Of a DNA stretch of 35,723 nucleotides, positions 10,852 through 20,756 are shown in pieces. The position numbers and the translations under genes were made by a program. The stretch is from the sequence record DRR723986_8435, one strand, 5' to 3'. Position 1 is the first letter of the stretch; each line of letters opens with the position of its first letter. The notes under the pieces are model-generated. The model ran no database searches and was not told where the DNA came from. It worked only from the letters and a program-made list of their open reading frames with translations.

Positions 10852-12687
10852 ATGAATATTAGAAGTAAAACAAACTCGATAAAAATCCTTTTGACAGGAT
10901 TGATAATTGCAGTCACTTCTGGATGTAATGAAGATTGGCTGGAGCCTCAACCTCTGTCTTTCTACTCACCAGAAAACACCTATAATGAAGCAAGTGGTTT
11001 ATGGGCTGCCTTAGTTGCCTGTGAAAGAAACATGCGACATGAATACACTGGAGATGGCTCTCCTATCCTAACAGAGCACATATTCTCTGAAGTAGCTATA
11101 GAAGGTACAACAGATAAATCTGGGCCAGCTCAGGATATGAATCTATTGATTACACCTGATGCCAACCTAAACTCAGTTAACACAAACAGAATAGGATGGT
11201 ACTGGTATGAAGGCTACAAAGGTGTAAAGTATGCAAATACGGTGGTATCTAGAATTGATGAGCCTCAGGATTACGAGAACGAAGCAGAAAGAAACCATCT
11301 TCTTGCTACCGCTTATTTCCATAGATCGCTACGATACTATAGGCTAACTCAGCAATTTGGTGATATCCCATTAATTCTTGATGAAATCACGGCACCTAAG
11401 CTTGATTTTTACTCAACTGATCGTAAAGTGATTTTGAGAAAAATGAAGGAAGATTTAGAATGGGGAGAAGAATGGATCCCAGAGGTAATGGATCGTGGTA
11501 GAGTACCGAAAGGAGCTCTTCAACATTTGTTAATCAAAGTCAACCTAGCTCTTGGTGAATTTCAGGATGCTTTAAATGTTGCCAACAGATTGATTGATAA
11601 TGGCCCATACAAACTAATGACTGAAAGATTTGGTGTAGATGCGAATGACCCTACTAAAAATGTCGTGTGGGATCTTCATAGACCTGAAAACAAATCTCCA
11701 GTTTCAAACACAGAATCAATTCTACTGGTAATGGATAGAATAGATACTGACGGTAGCTCAGGAGGTATTATTACTATGAGAAATGCGGTTCCTTTCTGGG
11801 GATCAAACATCAATACTCCAGCAGGTAACAAAGGAACTTCAGATGTAGCAAATCGGCCTATTCCTCAAGTAGAGCAAATCGGTAGAGGTATCGGAAGATT
11901 GAGAGGAACTTGGTATCACCAAAGTATGATTTGGGATGATGAAAATGATCTAAGACATGCTCCAGGTAACTGGATGAACATGACAGATCTAGTATACAAC
12001 AATCCCGGAATTGAAGGTTCCGACCCTTACTATGGTGAAAATCTTGAATTTAGAAATGAAGATGGAGTAGTACTGGTTGTGGATACGATCAGAAGCTGGT
12101 TCTCTTGGCCACATTATAAATTGTTTGTTCCAGATCCAAAAAGAACCCAGCCTCAAGGTGGCGAAACCGATTGGTATATATTCCGACTTGCTGAATCTTA
12201 TCTACTTAGAGCTGAAGCAAAGTATTGGTTGGGTGACCTAGACGGTGCTGCTGCAGATATTAATAAGGTGAGAGAAAGAGCTGGTGCTGCTCCTTATACT
12301 GGAGCGGATATTACTATCGGTACTATTTTGGACGAAAGAGCAAGAGAACTTTATTATGAGGAGCCTAGAAAAACTGAATTAACTAGAATTGCTAGAATTT
12401 TTGCAATGACAGGTAAGACTGCATACAATGGCAAGACTTATAGTGAGGCGAACTTCTCTCAGGATAATTTCTACTATGACAGAATAATGGAGGTTACTGA
12501 CTATTATAATAAAGGTGTTTTCACAAGACATGGCGATACATATACCTTGAGCCCATATCATGTATTATGGCCAATTCCTCAAAATGCCATTAATTCAAAT
12601 ACCAAAGGTCACTTAAATCAAAATGAAGGTTACTATGGTTCTGAAAACAACATTCCTCCACTCACTACTATAGAGACAGAAGAGTAA
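10852..12687 (+). CDS. susD: SusD/RagB family glycan-binding lipoprotein (2)
   Basis: Lipobox [30 protein letters not shown] and WPIPQ..QNEGY motifs. Confidence 0.95.
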   Translation: MNIRSKTNSIKILLTGLIIAVTSGCNEDWLEPQPLSFYSPENTYNEASGLWAALVACERNMRHEYTGDGSPILTEHIFSEVAIEGTTDKSGPAQDMNLLITPDANLNSVNTNRIGWYWYEGYKGVKYANTVVSRIDEPQDYENEAERNHLLATAYFHRSLRYYRLTQQFGDIPLILDEITAPKLDFYSTDRKVILRKMKEDLEWGEEWIPEVMDRGRVPKGALQHLLIKVNLALGEFQDALNVANRLIDNGPYKLMTERFGVDANDPTKNVVWDLHRPENKSPVSNTESILLVMDRIDTDGSSGGIITMRNAVPFWGSNINTPAGNKGTSDVANRPIPQVEQIGRGIGRLRGTWYHQSMIWDDENDLRHAPGNWMNMTDLVYNNPGIEGSDPYYGENLEFRNEDGVVLVVDTIRSWFSWPHYKLFVPDPKRTQPQGGETDWYIFRLAESYLLRAEAKYWLGDLDGAAADINKVRERAGAAPYTGADITIGTILDERARELYYEEPRKTELTRIARIFAMTGKTAYNGKTYSEANFSQDNFYYDRIMEVTDYYNKGVFTRHGDTYTLSPYHVLWPIPQNAINSNTKGHLNQNEGYYGSENNIPPLTTIETEE

Positions 12688-12708
12688 TAATTCTTCAAAT
12701 CATAAACC

Positions 12709-12743
12709 AACGGAGACCAGATTCAACATCTGGTCTCCGTTTT
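12709..12743 (+). terminator. Rho-independent terminator after susD2
   Basis: aacggagaccagat-tcaac-atctggtctccgtt perfect stem followed by Ts. Confidence 0.88.
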
Positions 12744-12764
12744 ACTTTTACTACTGCCCTTTTT

Positions 12765-12797
12765 AAAAAAAAATGCTACTCCAAAGTTGGAGTAGCA
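12765..12797 (-). terminator. Rho-independent terminator of the LacI-family gene
   Basis: tgctactccaa-ag-ttggagtagca stem preceded on + by an A9 run (U tail on the minus strand). Confidence 0.85.
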
Positions 12798-12822
12798 CCT
12801 GAGATTAGTAATCAGGGTTTAC

Positions 12823-13845
12823 CTAATCCTGACAGGTTGATTCCCTAATCGTTATTTTTGAAGGAATTGTGATTACTTGATCTAATAAATCATAGTGATT
12901 TGGCTTAGTCAATTTCTTTATAAGCAACTTTGCGCATTCACTACCCATTAAGGAAGCAGGCTGGGTAATAGTAGTCAATGCTGGATTCATTAATCCAGCG
13001 ATAGAAGAATTTGAAAAACTGATCAATTTTAAATCAGAAGGCATTTTCAAATTAGTACGTTTTACGGCATGATAAGTAGCAAAAGCTAATTTTTCCACTG
13101 AAGTAATTATTCCATCAGGTCTATCCGGAGAGTTTAGTAAATTCTGAATTTTTTCTACGTTACTCTCTTCATCATGCCCACAATAAAGGGTCATTGAAGA
13201 ATCCAATGCGATACCCGCTTTATTGATAGCATCGTTGAATCCACGCTGCCTTTCCTTGCTAATAGATAAATCTACACACAGAGTGAAAAAAGCAATCTTT
13301 TTGCAGTTCTGATTGATTAAATGCTGAGTTGCTTCAAAAGCACTTTCATAATCATTGGTAATAAACTTAGTTGTAGGAATTTCAGAACTTATCCGATCAA
13401 AAAATATGATTGGTAGTCCTCTATCGTGTAGTTTCTTTAAATGGGAATTGTCGCTGGTCTGACTAGTCACTGACATAGCAATGGCATCTGCCCTGCCATT
13501 TAGAAGCAAATTCACAATCTTCCGCTCTCGCTCCATATCTTCATGGGTATTATAAACTAACAGATGATAGCCATGTTCCTGGGCTATTTCTTCGATTCCA
13601 TCCATTACTTGAGCAAAGAAGCTATTAATTCGCTCTGGGATAATAACTGCGATAGTTTTGCTTTTATTTTCGCGTAAACTACGTGCAAAAGGATTCGCAT
13701 GGTAATTTAGCTTCTCAGCCATATTTAGAACTTTCTTCTTAGTAGCCTCTGATATTTCATAACTATCATTTAATGCACGTGAGACAGTCGAAGGGGCAAG
13801 CTTAAGTTCCGCAGCTAATTCTTTTAAACTAATTCCTGAAGCCAT
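12823..13845 (-). CDS. LacI-family transcriptional regulator
   Basis: HTH ISLKELAAELKLAPSTVSRALN, hinge NPFARSL, C-terminal LTTITQP..IRES. The ATG at 13845 is preferred over the non-ATG start at 13869. Confidence 0.93.
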   Translation of the reverse strand: MASGISLKELAAELKLAPSTVSRALNDSYEISEATKKKVLNMAEKLNYHANPFARSLRENKSKTIAVIIPERINSFFAQVMDGIEEIAQEHGYHLLVYNTHEDMERERKIVNLLLNGRADAIAMSVTSQTSDNSHLKKLHDRGLPIIFFDRISSEIPTTKFITNDYESAFEATQHLINQNCKKIAFFTLCVDLSISKERQRGFNDAINKAGIALDSSMTLYCGHDEESNVEKIQNLLNSPDRPDGIITSVEKLAFATYHAVKRTNLKMPSDLKLISFSNSSIAGLMNPALTTITQPASLMGSECAKLLIKKLTKPNHYDLLDQVITIPSKITIRESTCQD

Positions 13846-13928
13846 GGTATTAAAGGTAAATTGGGTCAATAATTGGTCACAAATTACAAATGATTGCGCG
13901 TATTAGGCCTATACCGCATACATAATTT

Positions 13929-13942
13929 CGAAATCGTTTCCG
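13929..13942. promoter_or_regulatory. LacI-family operator-like site in the lacI/uxaC divergent region
   Basis: CGAAATCGTTTCCG, 12/14 identical to the site at 7625. A weaker related site CAAATGATTGCGCG lies at 13887-13900. Confidence 0.62.
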
Positions 13943-14021
13943 CATTTTATTCCCTAAATACAGCTGATTCGAGGTATTTTTATGTTCATAATAAGTTGTA
14001 GAAATTTAGCCAAAATAACCG

Positions 14022-15461
14022 ATGCCCTATTCAACAACGAAATCTTCATTCCTAAATGAAGATTTTCTATTGCATAGCGAATATGCAAAAATCCTTTACC
14101 ATCAGTATGCCAAGGATTTACCCATAATAGATTATCATAATCACCTTCCGCCAGCTGAAATAAATGCTAATAAAAAATTTGAAAACATCTCAAAGATCTG
14201 GCTAGCCGGTGACCATTACAAATGGCGGGCGATGAGGACTTTTGGCATTAATGAGAGATTTATTACTGGAGATGCTTCAGATGAAGAGAAATTTAAAAGC
14301 TGGTCCAAAACATTACCTTATACACTTAGAAACCCTCTTTACCATTGGTCGCATCTAGAATTAAAGCGATATTTTGGTTTTGATGATCTGCTTTCAGAAG
14401 AAAATGCCTCGGAAGTCTATAAGCATTGCAACACAGTTTTGGAAGGAGACTCCTACTCTACTCAGGGGCTATTGGCTCAGATGAAAGTAGAAGTAGTATG
14501 CTCTACAGATGATCCTATTGATTCTCTGGACCAACATGTTTCTTTTCATAAGAAGGGGAAAGATCTTGGCATGTATCCTGCTTTCAGGCCAGATAAAGCA
14601 TATTCTATTGAAAACCCAACATCATATAAAACATATATTTCCAGCTTAGGCGAAAGCGTAGGATTCGAAATCCATACGTACGATAAATTGCTCGAAGCAT
14701 TGAGCATCAGGATAGACTATTTCCACGAGCGCGGTTGTAGACTATCAGACCACGGACTCGAGCAATTATATTTCTTTAAAGAGAGCTCCCTCTCAGTAGA
14801 TTCCATATTCTCTCAGGTTCTTTCTGGTGACAATCTTTCCAGCGAAAAAGTAAACTTCTTCAAATACACCACGCTTCTGGCATTGTGCAAAATGTACCAT
14901 GCCAAGGGTTGGGTACAACAATTCCATCTTGGCGCTCTGAGAAATACAAACGAGCGTTCACTTAGAATCTTAGGTCCAGACACAGGCTTTGACTCCATTG
15001 GAGATTTTGACCAAGCAAAAGCCATGTCAGGATTTTTCAATGCATTAACTTCTGAAGATCAGCTTACCAAAACAGTGATTTACAACCTTAATCCACGTGA
15101 TAATGAGGTTTTTGCTACCATGATCGGAAATTACAATGACGGATCTGTGCGCGGTAAAATTCAATTTGGATCAGGCTGGTGGTACCTCGATCAAAAGGAT
15201 GGTATGGAGAAGCAAATCAACACACTTTCAAACATGGGCTTAATCAGCTGTTTTATAGGTATGCTTACAGACTCCCGCAGCTTCCTTTCCTTTCCACGTC
15301 ATGAATATTTCCGCAGAATTCTATGCAACCTATTTGGACAAGATGTAGCGAATGGCGAGCTTCCTTGGGATGAGAAATGGCTTGGGGAAATCATCTCAGG
15401 TATTTGCTACCACAATGCGAAACAGTATTTTGACTTTAGCCCAAAAAACATTCACGTTTAA
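14022..15461 (+). CDS. uxaC: Glucuronate (uronate) isomerase
   Basis: PIIDYHNHL, WLAGDHYKWRAMR, CSTDDP, SDHG, QFGSGWW and GMLTDSRSFLSFPRHEYFRRILC motifs. Confidence 0.97.
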   Translation: MPYSTTKSSFLNEDFLLHSEYAKILYHQYAKDLPIIDYHNHLPPAEINANKKFENISKIWLAGDHYKWRAMRTFGINERFITGDASDEEKFKSWSKTLPYTLRNPLYHWSHLELKRYFGFDDLLSEENASEVYKHCNTVLEGDSYSTQGLLAQMKVEVVCSTDDPIDSLDQHVSFHKKGKDLGMYPAFRPDKAYSIENPTSYKTYISSLGESVGFEIHTYDKLLEALSIRIDYFHERGCRLSDHGLEQLYFFKESSLSVDSIFSQVLSGDNLSSEKVNFFKYTTLLALCKMYHAKGWVQQFHLGALRNTNERSLRILGPDTGFDSIGDFDQAKAMSGFFNALTSEDQLTKTVIYNLNPRDNEVFATMIGNYNDGSVRGKIQFGSGWWYLDQKDGMEKQINTLSNMGLISCFIGMLTDSRSFLSFPRHEYFRRILCNLFGQDVANGELPWDEKWLGEIISGICYHNAKQYFDFSPKNIHV

Positions 15462-15463
15462 TT

Positions 15464-16282
15464 ATGAGCAGTTCACTATTCTCTCTTAAGGGAAAAAAAA
15501 TAGCCTTCTCCGGTGCGACTGGAGTCTTAGGCAAATCAATGAGTTTATATCTTGCCAATGAAGGCGCAGAAGTCCTGATTTTAGGTCGTACGCCCGCGAA
15601 GGTGGAAGATTTAGTTCAAGAAATTAAAGCCATAGGAGGAAAAGCATTTGGCTATATCTGCGATGTCACTGATGAAAAAAGCATTCAGGAAGTCTATGCG
15701 GAAATAGAAAAAGACCATGGTTACCTTGATATTTTGATCAATGCCGCTGGCGGAAATATGCCAGGTGCAGTGATCACTCCTGACAAAACCTTAAAAGATT
15801 TGGAACTCGATGGGTTAAGAAAGGTGATGGATCTTAATTACCTAGGTACTGCTATTCCTTCTAAAATTCTTTTCCCACTCATGTTGAAAAACGGAAAAGG
15901 AAACATCATCAATATCAGTTCCATGGCCGCTTCCAGGCCCATGACCCGGGTGATGGGCTACGCTTCTGCCAAAGCTGCTATTGACAACCTAACCAAGTTC
16001 CTTTCAGTTGAGCTTTGCTCTAAACATGGAGCTGGATTTAGGGTTAATGCCATTGCTCCAGGTTTTTTCCTGACAGAGCAGAACAGAGCATTACTTACTG
16101 AGTCTGATGGCAGCCTTACAGGAAGAGGAAATCAAATCATCAGCCATACGCCTATGAATAGATTTGGCAAACCTGAAGATTTAAATGGCGCCTTACACTG
16201 GCTTTGTGCTGATGCATCCGAATTTGTAACAGGAACTATCGTCGCGGTAGATGGCGGTTTTGGAGCCTATTCAGGAGTCTAA
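15464..16282 (+). CDS. uxuB: SDR-family oxidoreductase, probable D-mannonate oxidoreductase (fructuronate reductase)
   Basis: SGATGVLG Rossmann motif; LINAAGGN; YASAK catalytic YxxxK; RVNAIAPGFF; lies between uxaC and uxuA. Confidence 0.82.
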   Translation: MSSSLFSLKGKKIAFSGATGVLGKSMSLYLANEGAEVLILGRTPAKVEDLVQEIKAIGGKAFGYICDVTDEKSIQEVYAEIEKDHGYLDILINAAGGNMPGAVITPDKTLKDLELDGLRKVMDLNYLGTAIPSKILFPLMLKNGKGNIINISSMAASRPMTRVMGYASAKAAIDNLTKFLSVELCSKHGAGFRVNAIAPGFFLTEQNRALLTESDGSLTGRGNQIISHTPMNRFGKPEDLNGALHWLCADASEFVTGTIVAVDGGFGAYSGV

Positions 16283-16283
16283 C

Positions 16284-16315
16284 AATTTGAAATCTCAAAT
16301 TTAAAATCTCAAATT
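16284..16315. repeat. Short tandem 14-bp (2x7) repeat
   Basis: aatttgaaatctca / aatttaaaatctca / aatt. Confidence 0.55.
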
Positions 16316-16324
16316 ATATAAAAT

Positions 16325-17500
16325 ATGACCTATAAAATGGAGCAAACCATGCGCTGGTATGGCCCAAACGACCCTGTAAGTCTTAGAGATATTCTTCAGG
16401 CTGGGGCGACCGGAATAGTTACAGCTCTCCACCATATTCCAAATGGAGAAACCTGGTCTAGAGAAGAAATCAAAAAACGCAAAAACACCATTGAAGCTGC
16501 AGGACTGACTTGGTCAGTTGTAGAATCTGTGCCAGTACATGAAGTAATAAAAACACGATCTGGGAATTACCTGCAGGTAATCGAAAATTACAAGGAAACA
16601 CTTCGTAACCTGGCAGCAGAAGGCATTTATACAGTTTGTTACAATTTCATGCCTATTCTGGATTGGACTAGAACTGATCTGGAATTTGAACTTCCCAATG
16701 GCGTAAAAGCCTTGCTTTATGAGAAAAAGGCTGTTCAGGCATTTGATCTCTTCATACTGGAAAGACCAGAGGCAAAAGCTGAATATTCTGAAGAAGAATA
16801 TGCTGAGGTGAAAGCTTATTATGATGCGTTAACTCCTGAAAAGCATCAAATGATCTTCGATAATATCCTTAAGGGCCTACCTGGGTCTGAGATTGGCTAT
16901 ACATTGGAAGAATTCAAAACCATGCTAGCAACATACGATGGAATTGATGCAGCCAAACTAGCAGATCATTTAAGGTTGTTTTTAGATGAAATCGTACCTG
17001 TGGCTGAGGAGAATGGAATGTGCGTAGCAATCCATCCAGATGATCCTCCTTTCCCACTATTTGGTCTTCCGCGCATTATGAGTACAGCAGACGATGCAAG
17101 AAGAATACTTAAAGATCAGCCGAGTCCTGCCAATGGCCTGACTTTTTGCACTGGTTCATTTGGAGTAAGAGCGGACAACGATCTTCCGGCAATGGTCAAA
17201 GAATTTGGTGACCACATCCACTTCATCCATTTGCGCAGCACCAAAAGAGATGAACATGGTAATTTCTTTGAAGACAATCATTTGGAAGGAAACGTGCCAA
17301 TGGTAGCAGTGATTGATGCGGTGATTCAGGTTCAGCAGAAGCGCGGAAAAAGCCTACCAATGCGCCCAGATCATGGACATTTGATGCTGGATGATTTGAA
17401 CAAAAAAACCAACCCAGGGTATTCTGCAATTGGAAGATTAAAAGGTCTTGCTGAAATACGGGGTGTGGAAGCAGGCTTGCTTTATAGCCAGGAAAAATGA
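16325..17500 (+). CDS. uxuA: Mannonate dehydratase
   Basis: [38 protein letters not shown] and PGYSAIGRL motifs. Confidence 0.97.
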   Translation: MTYKMEQTMRWYGPNDPVSLRDILQAGATGIVTALHHIPNGETWSREEIKKRKNTIEAAGLTWSVVESVPVHEVIKTRSGNYLQVIENYKETLRNLAAEGIYTVCYNFMPILDWTRTDLEFELPNGVKALLYEKKAVQAFDLFILERPEAKAEYSEEEYAEVKAYYDALTPEKHQMIFDNILKGLPGSEIGYTLEEFKTMLATYDGIDAAKLADHLRLFLDEIVPVAEENGMCVAIHPDDPPFPLFGLPRIMSTADDARRILKDQPSPANGLTFCTGSFGVRADNDLPAMVKEFGDHIHFIHLRSTKRDEHGNFFEDNHLEGNVPMVAVIDAVIQVQQKRGKSLPMRPDHGHLMLDDLNKKTNPGYSAIGRLKGLAEIRGVEAGLLYSQEK

Positions 17501-18051
17501 CCGAAAAAGAGAAAATGCTGGCAGGCGAACTCTACCAAGCTGGGGATCCGGAATTGGTAGCAGAACGCTTGAAAGTAAGAAAATTGGTAAAAAGCTTTAA
17601 CGACTCAAATCCTGAGGATATCGATTTTCGCATTTCTCTTATTCGTAAAATCTTTGGAAAAGCCGGAAAGAACTTCTGGGTAGAACCACCTTTCTTTTGC
17701 GATTATGGCTATAATATTGAAGTTGGAGATGATGTCTTCTTCAACTTCAATTGCGTAGTTCTTGATGTGGTCAAAGTCACACTTGGTGACCGAGTACTTG
17801 TCGCACCAAATGTCCAGTTTTACCCCGCCACTCATCCAATTGATGCAAAATCAAGAGGGGAAATGTGGGAATATGGCAAGTCAATCACTATTGGAAATGA
17901 CGTTTGGATAGGTGGGTCAGCCGTGATTTGTCCCGGAGTTACCATTGGTGACCGATCGGTAATAGCAGCAGGAGCCGTAGTTACCAAAAGCTTTCCTGCC
18001 GATGTGGTCATTGGCGGTAATCCTGCCAAGGTCATCAGGTATCTAGTCTAA
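17497..18051 (+). CDS. Sugar O-acetyltransferase (Maa/LacA hexapeptide-repeat family)
   Basis: [34 protein letters not shown] and GNPAKVI motifs; ATGA overlap with uxuA. Confidence 0.92.
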   Translation: MTEKEKMLAGELYQAGDPELVAERLKVRKLVKSFNDSNPEDIDFRISLIRKIFGKAGKNFWVEPPFFCDYGYNIEVGDDVFFNFNCVVLDVVKVTLGDRVLVAPNVQFYPATHPIDAKSRGEMWEYGKSITIGNDVWIGGSAVICPGVTIGDRSVIAAGAVVTKSFPADVVIGGNPAKVIRYLV

Positions 18052-18242
18052 CATACCATTTTATTCCTATCCCAGATCACCTTTCCTTTATATCGCTAAA
18101 CATTTGCTTATTTTTGGGCACAATTATTTTTAACCCTTTTGTTTTAATTGAATGAAATCGAGCATAACGAAAACAACAAACGCACAAAAAATTATAATGC
18201 AAGCGAGATTCCATATGGCCTTAAAAAATCAATCATAATCAT

Positions 18243-19175
18243 ATGAAACGAGTATTAGTTAGTGGTGGTGGAGGATTTCTTGGCAGCCATCTTTGTGATA
18301 GACTTCTGAAAGAAGGCAATGAAGTTCTGTGTGTAGATAATTTTTTTACTGGCAATAGAAGAAACATTCATCATCTACTTGATAACAAGAATTTTGAATT
18401 GCTCCGCCATGACGTTACGCATCCACTTTATGTAGAAGTAGATGAAATCTATAATTTAGCTTGTCCTGCCTCCCCTGTTCATTATCAGTTTGACCCGGTT
18501 CAGACCACCAAAACATCTGTGATTGGAGCTATGAATATGCTGGGCTTAGCAAAGCGATTAAAAATCAAAATCCTTCAGGCGAGTACTTCTGAGATTTACG
18601 GAGATCCTGAAGTTCATCCTCAGCCAGAAAGCTATAAGGGAAGTGTGAACACTCTTGGCCCTAGAGCTTGCTATGACGAAGGAAAGAGATGTGCTGAAAC
18701 GCTCTTTTTCGATTATCACCGCCAGCATAAAGTTGCAATCAAAGTCATGCGTATTTTCAATACTTATGGTCCAAGAATGCATCCAAATGACGGACGTGTT
18801 GTAAGTAACTTTATCGTGCAAGCCCTACAGGGAAAGGACATCACCATGTATGGAGATGGTATGCAAACCCGCTCTTTTTGTTATGTGGACGATAATATTG
18901 AGGGAATGTACCGTTTGATGAATAGCCGTGATGGATTTACCGGACCAGTGAACATCGGTAACCCTGGTGAATTCACCATGCTGGAACTAGCTCAGCAAAT
19001 TATAGATCTGACAAACAGTAAAAGTAAGATGATCTTCCTTCCACTTCCTCAAGATGATCCTATGCAGAGAAGACCGGTTATTGATCTGGCTAAAAAAGAA
19101 CTGGATTGGGAACCTACTGTTAACCTAAGAGAAGGATTGACCAAAACGATCGAATACTTTGAATCAGTAATCTGA
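18243..19175 (+). CDS. uxs: UDP-glucuronate decarboxylase (UDP-xylose synthase)
   Basis: [49 protein letters not shown] and DGRVVSNF motifs. Confidence 0.93.
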   Translation: MKRVLVSGGGGFLGSHLCDRLLKEGNEVLCVDNFFTGNRRNIHHLLDNKNFELLRHDVTHPLYVEVDEIYNLACPASPVHYQFDPVQTTKTSVIGAMNMLGLAKRLKIKILQASTSEIYGDPEVHPQPESYKGSVNTLGPRACYDEGKRCAETLFFDYHRQHKVAIKVMRIFNTYGPRMHPNDGRVVSNFIVQALQGKDITMYGDGMQTRSFCYVDDNIEGMYRLMNSRDGFTGPVNIGNPGEFTMLELAQQIIDLTNSKSKMIFLPLPQDDPMQRRPVIDLAKKELDWEPTVNLREGLTKTIEYFESVI

Positions 19176-19190
19176 TAAAGCCATCTATCA

Positions 19191-19227
19191 AACTAGAAAA
19201 GCCACCAAATGGTGGCTTTTTCTAGTT
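19191..19227. terminator. Bidirectional terminator between convergent uxs and sulfatase genes
   Basis: aactagaaaagccacca..tggtggctttttctagtt inverted repeat with A and T runs on either side. Confidence 0.85.
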
Positions 19228-20646
19228 CACCGCTTTTTCAACCGCTGATTTCTCGAAGGCCGGATCGTAGTCAGGATTCTTTGTTGTGGGAATAGGAGCA
19301 CCATTCTCCGATCTCCACTTTTCCAATTTCTTTAAAAGATCCTTTGTCTTTTCAGGATTTGAATATGCTAAGTTATTCGCTTCGGAAGGATCGTCCTTAA
19401 GATTATAAAGTTCTAATCCACCATCTTCAAAATACTGATGCAACTTCCAATCTCCTGAGCGAATGACTGAGCCAGGTCGAGTACGGAAAAGTGGATCTCT
19501 AGAACCATCCTCCTTCGGATCGTAGGCCTCCAGGTATATTGGGAAATGCCAGAACAGATCCCTTTCATCCAATTCCTGATCAAAAAGCAGAGGCAAAATA
19601 CTTTGCCCATCCAGCTCCAGTCCAGCATTTGGGGCAATCAATGCTTGGAGGGTAGGATAAAAATCCATTTGTGTTACTGGAGTATTTTCTATTCCAGCTT
19701 TAATTTGATTTTGCCACTTGACGAGCATAGGCACTCTGATTCCACCTTCGTAGTAACTCCCCTTTCCAGCTCTCAACGGATCTTGATAACTGGTAGCGCG
19801 AATGCCTCCGTTATCTGAGGTGAAAATAACAAGCGTATTATCCGTCAGATTCAAGCCATCTAATACACTTAACAATTTTCCTACATTTTCATCCATGCTC
19901 TGGATCATAGCCGCATAAACCGGATTATTCTGGCCTTTCCTACTCTTTTTGTTTTGATATTTTTCTACCAAATCCGGTTTACCCTGCAAAGGAGAATGAA
20001 CTGTATAAAAAGGCAGGTAAAGGAAAAATGGCCTTTCTTGGTTATTCTTTACAAAAGTGATCGCTTCATTCGTCAGTCGATCAGTCAGATATTCCCCTTC
20101 TACCACAGGCTCCAATTTGATATTATATGGGCTAAAATACCCGTCCTTTCCAGGATTACCTCGATGGCTTCCACCGATATTCACATCGAATCCATGGATA
20201 GCCGGATCATCCGAAATATGCCACTTCCCAAACGTACCAGTTGTATAGCCTTGATCCTTGAAGAACTTGCCCAAGGTGTAAAGACTATCTTGGATAACTT
20301 TTGAATTTGGTGAGGCAAACAGCTTCCGAGTTCTCTTATTACCACGATCTGCTGGGTCTACCGTGTAAACCCCATGAGTCATAGGATAGCGACCCGTAAT
20401 CATACTAGCCCTACTAGGAGCACAATTAGAAGCTCCTGCATAGGCATTCATGAAGACCTTGCTCTCCCTACTGAGTTTATCAAGGTTAGGTGTCTCGTAA
20501 TAATCCGAACCCATAAATCCCAAATCAGCCCAGCCCAAATCATCCACATTGATCAGCACAACATTTGGCTTCGTGGATTTAAGTTGCGCAAAAGAATCTT
20601 TAACCCCACCGACCAGCAAAAGAAATAGAACTATATACTTTTTCAC
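19222..20646 (-). CDS. Exported formylglycine-dependent (S1) sulfatase
   Basis: PNVVLINVDDLG; active-site CAPSRASMITG; GKWH; SDNGG; GKGSYYEGGIRVP. The GTG at 20646 gives a clean signal peptide; the alternative GTG is at 20667. Confidence 0.93.
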   Translation of the reverse strand: MKKYIVLFLLLVGGVKDSFAQLKSTKPNVVLINVDDLGWADLGFMGSDYYETPNLDKLSRESKVFMNAYAGASNCAPSRASMITGRYPMTHGVYTVDPADRGNKRTRKLFASPNSKVIQDSLYTLGKFFKDQGYTTGTFGKWHISDDPAIHGFDVNIGGSHRGNPGKDGYFSPYNIKLEPVVEGEYLTDRLTNEAITFVKNNQERPFFLYLPFYTVHSPLQGKPDLVEKYQNKKSRKGQNNPVYAAMIQSMDENVGKLLSVLDGLNLTDNTLVIFTSDNGGIRATSYQDPLRAGKGSYYEGGIRVPMLVKWQNQIKAGIENTPVTQMDFYPTLQALIAPNAGLELDGQSILPLLFDQELDERDLFWHFPIYLEAYDPKEDGSRDPLFRTRPGSVIRSGDWKLHQYFEDGGLELYNLKDDPSEANNLAYSNPEKTKDLLKKLEKWRSENGAPIPTTKNPDYDPAFEKSAVEKAVN

Positions 20647-20680
20647 ATATTGAAATTTAAACAACACTGAATATTAATCC

Positions 20681-20752
20681 CCACACTTCCAACTTTACCA
20701 CATTACAACTTTACCACCTTCCAAACTGCCAACTGAAAACTGCCAACCGCCT
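20681..20752. repeat. Degenerate octamer then heptamer tandem repeats
   Basis: ttccaact ttaccaca ttacaact ttaccacc ttccaaac (20687-20726), then actgcca actgaaa actgcca accgcct (20725-20752). Confidence 0.75.
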
Positions 20753-20756
20753 CCCC

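Noticed and set aside
18148..18242. Tiny ORFs upstream of uxs as leader peptides
   Set aside because: No attenuator structure or informative codon bias; consistent with chance.
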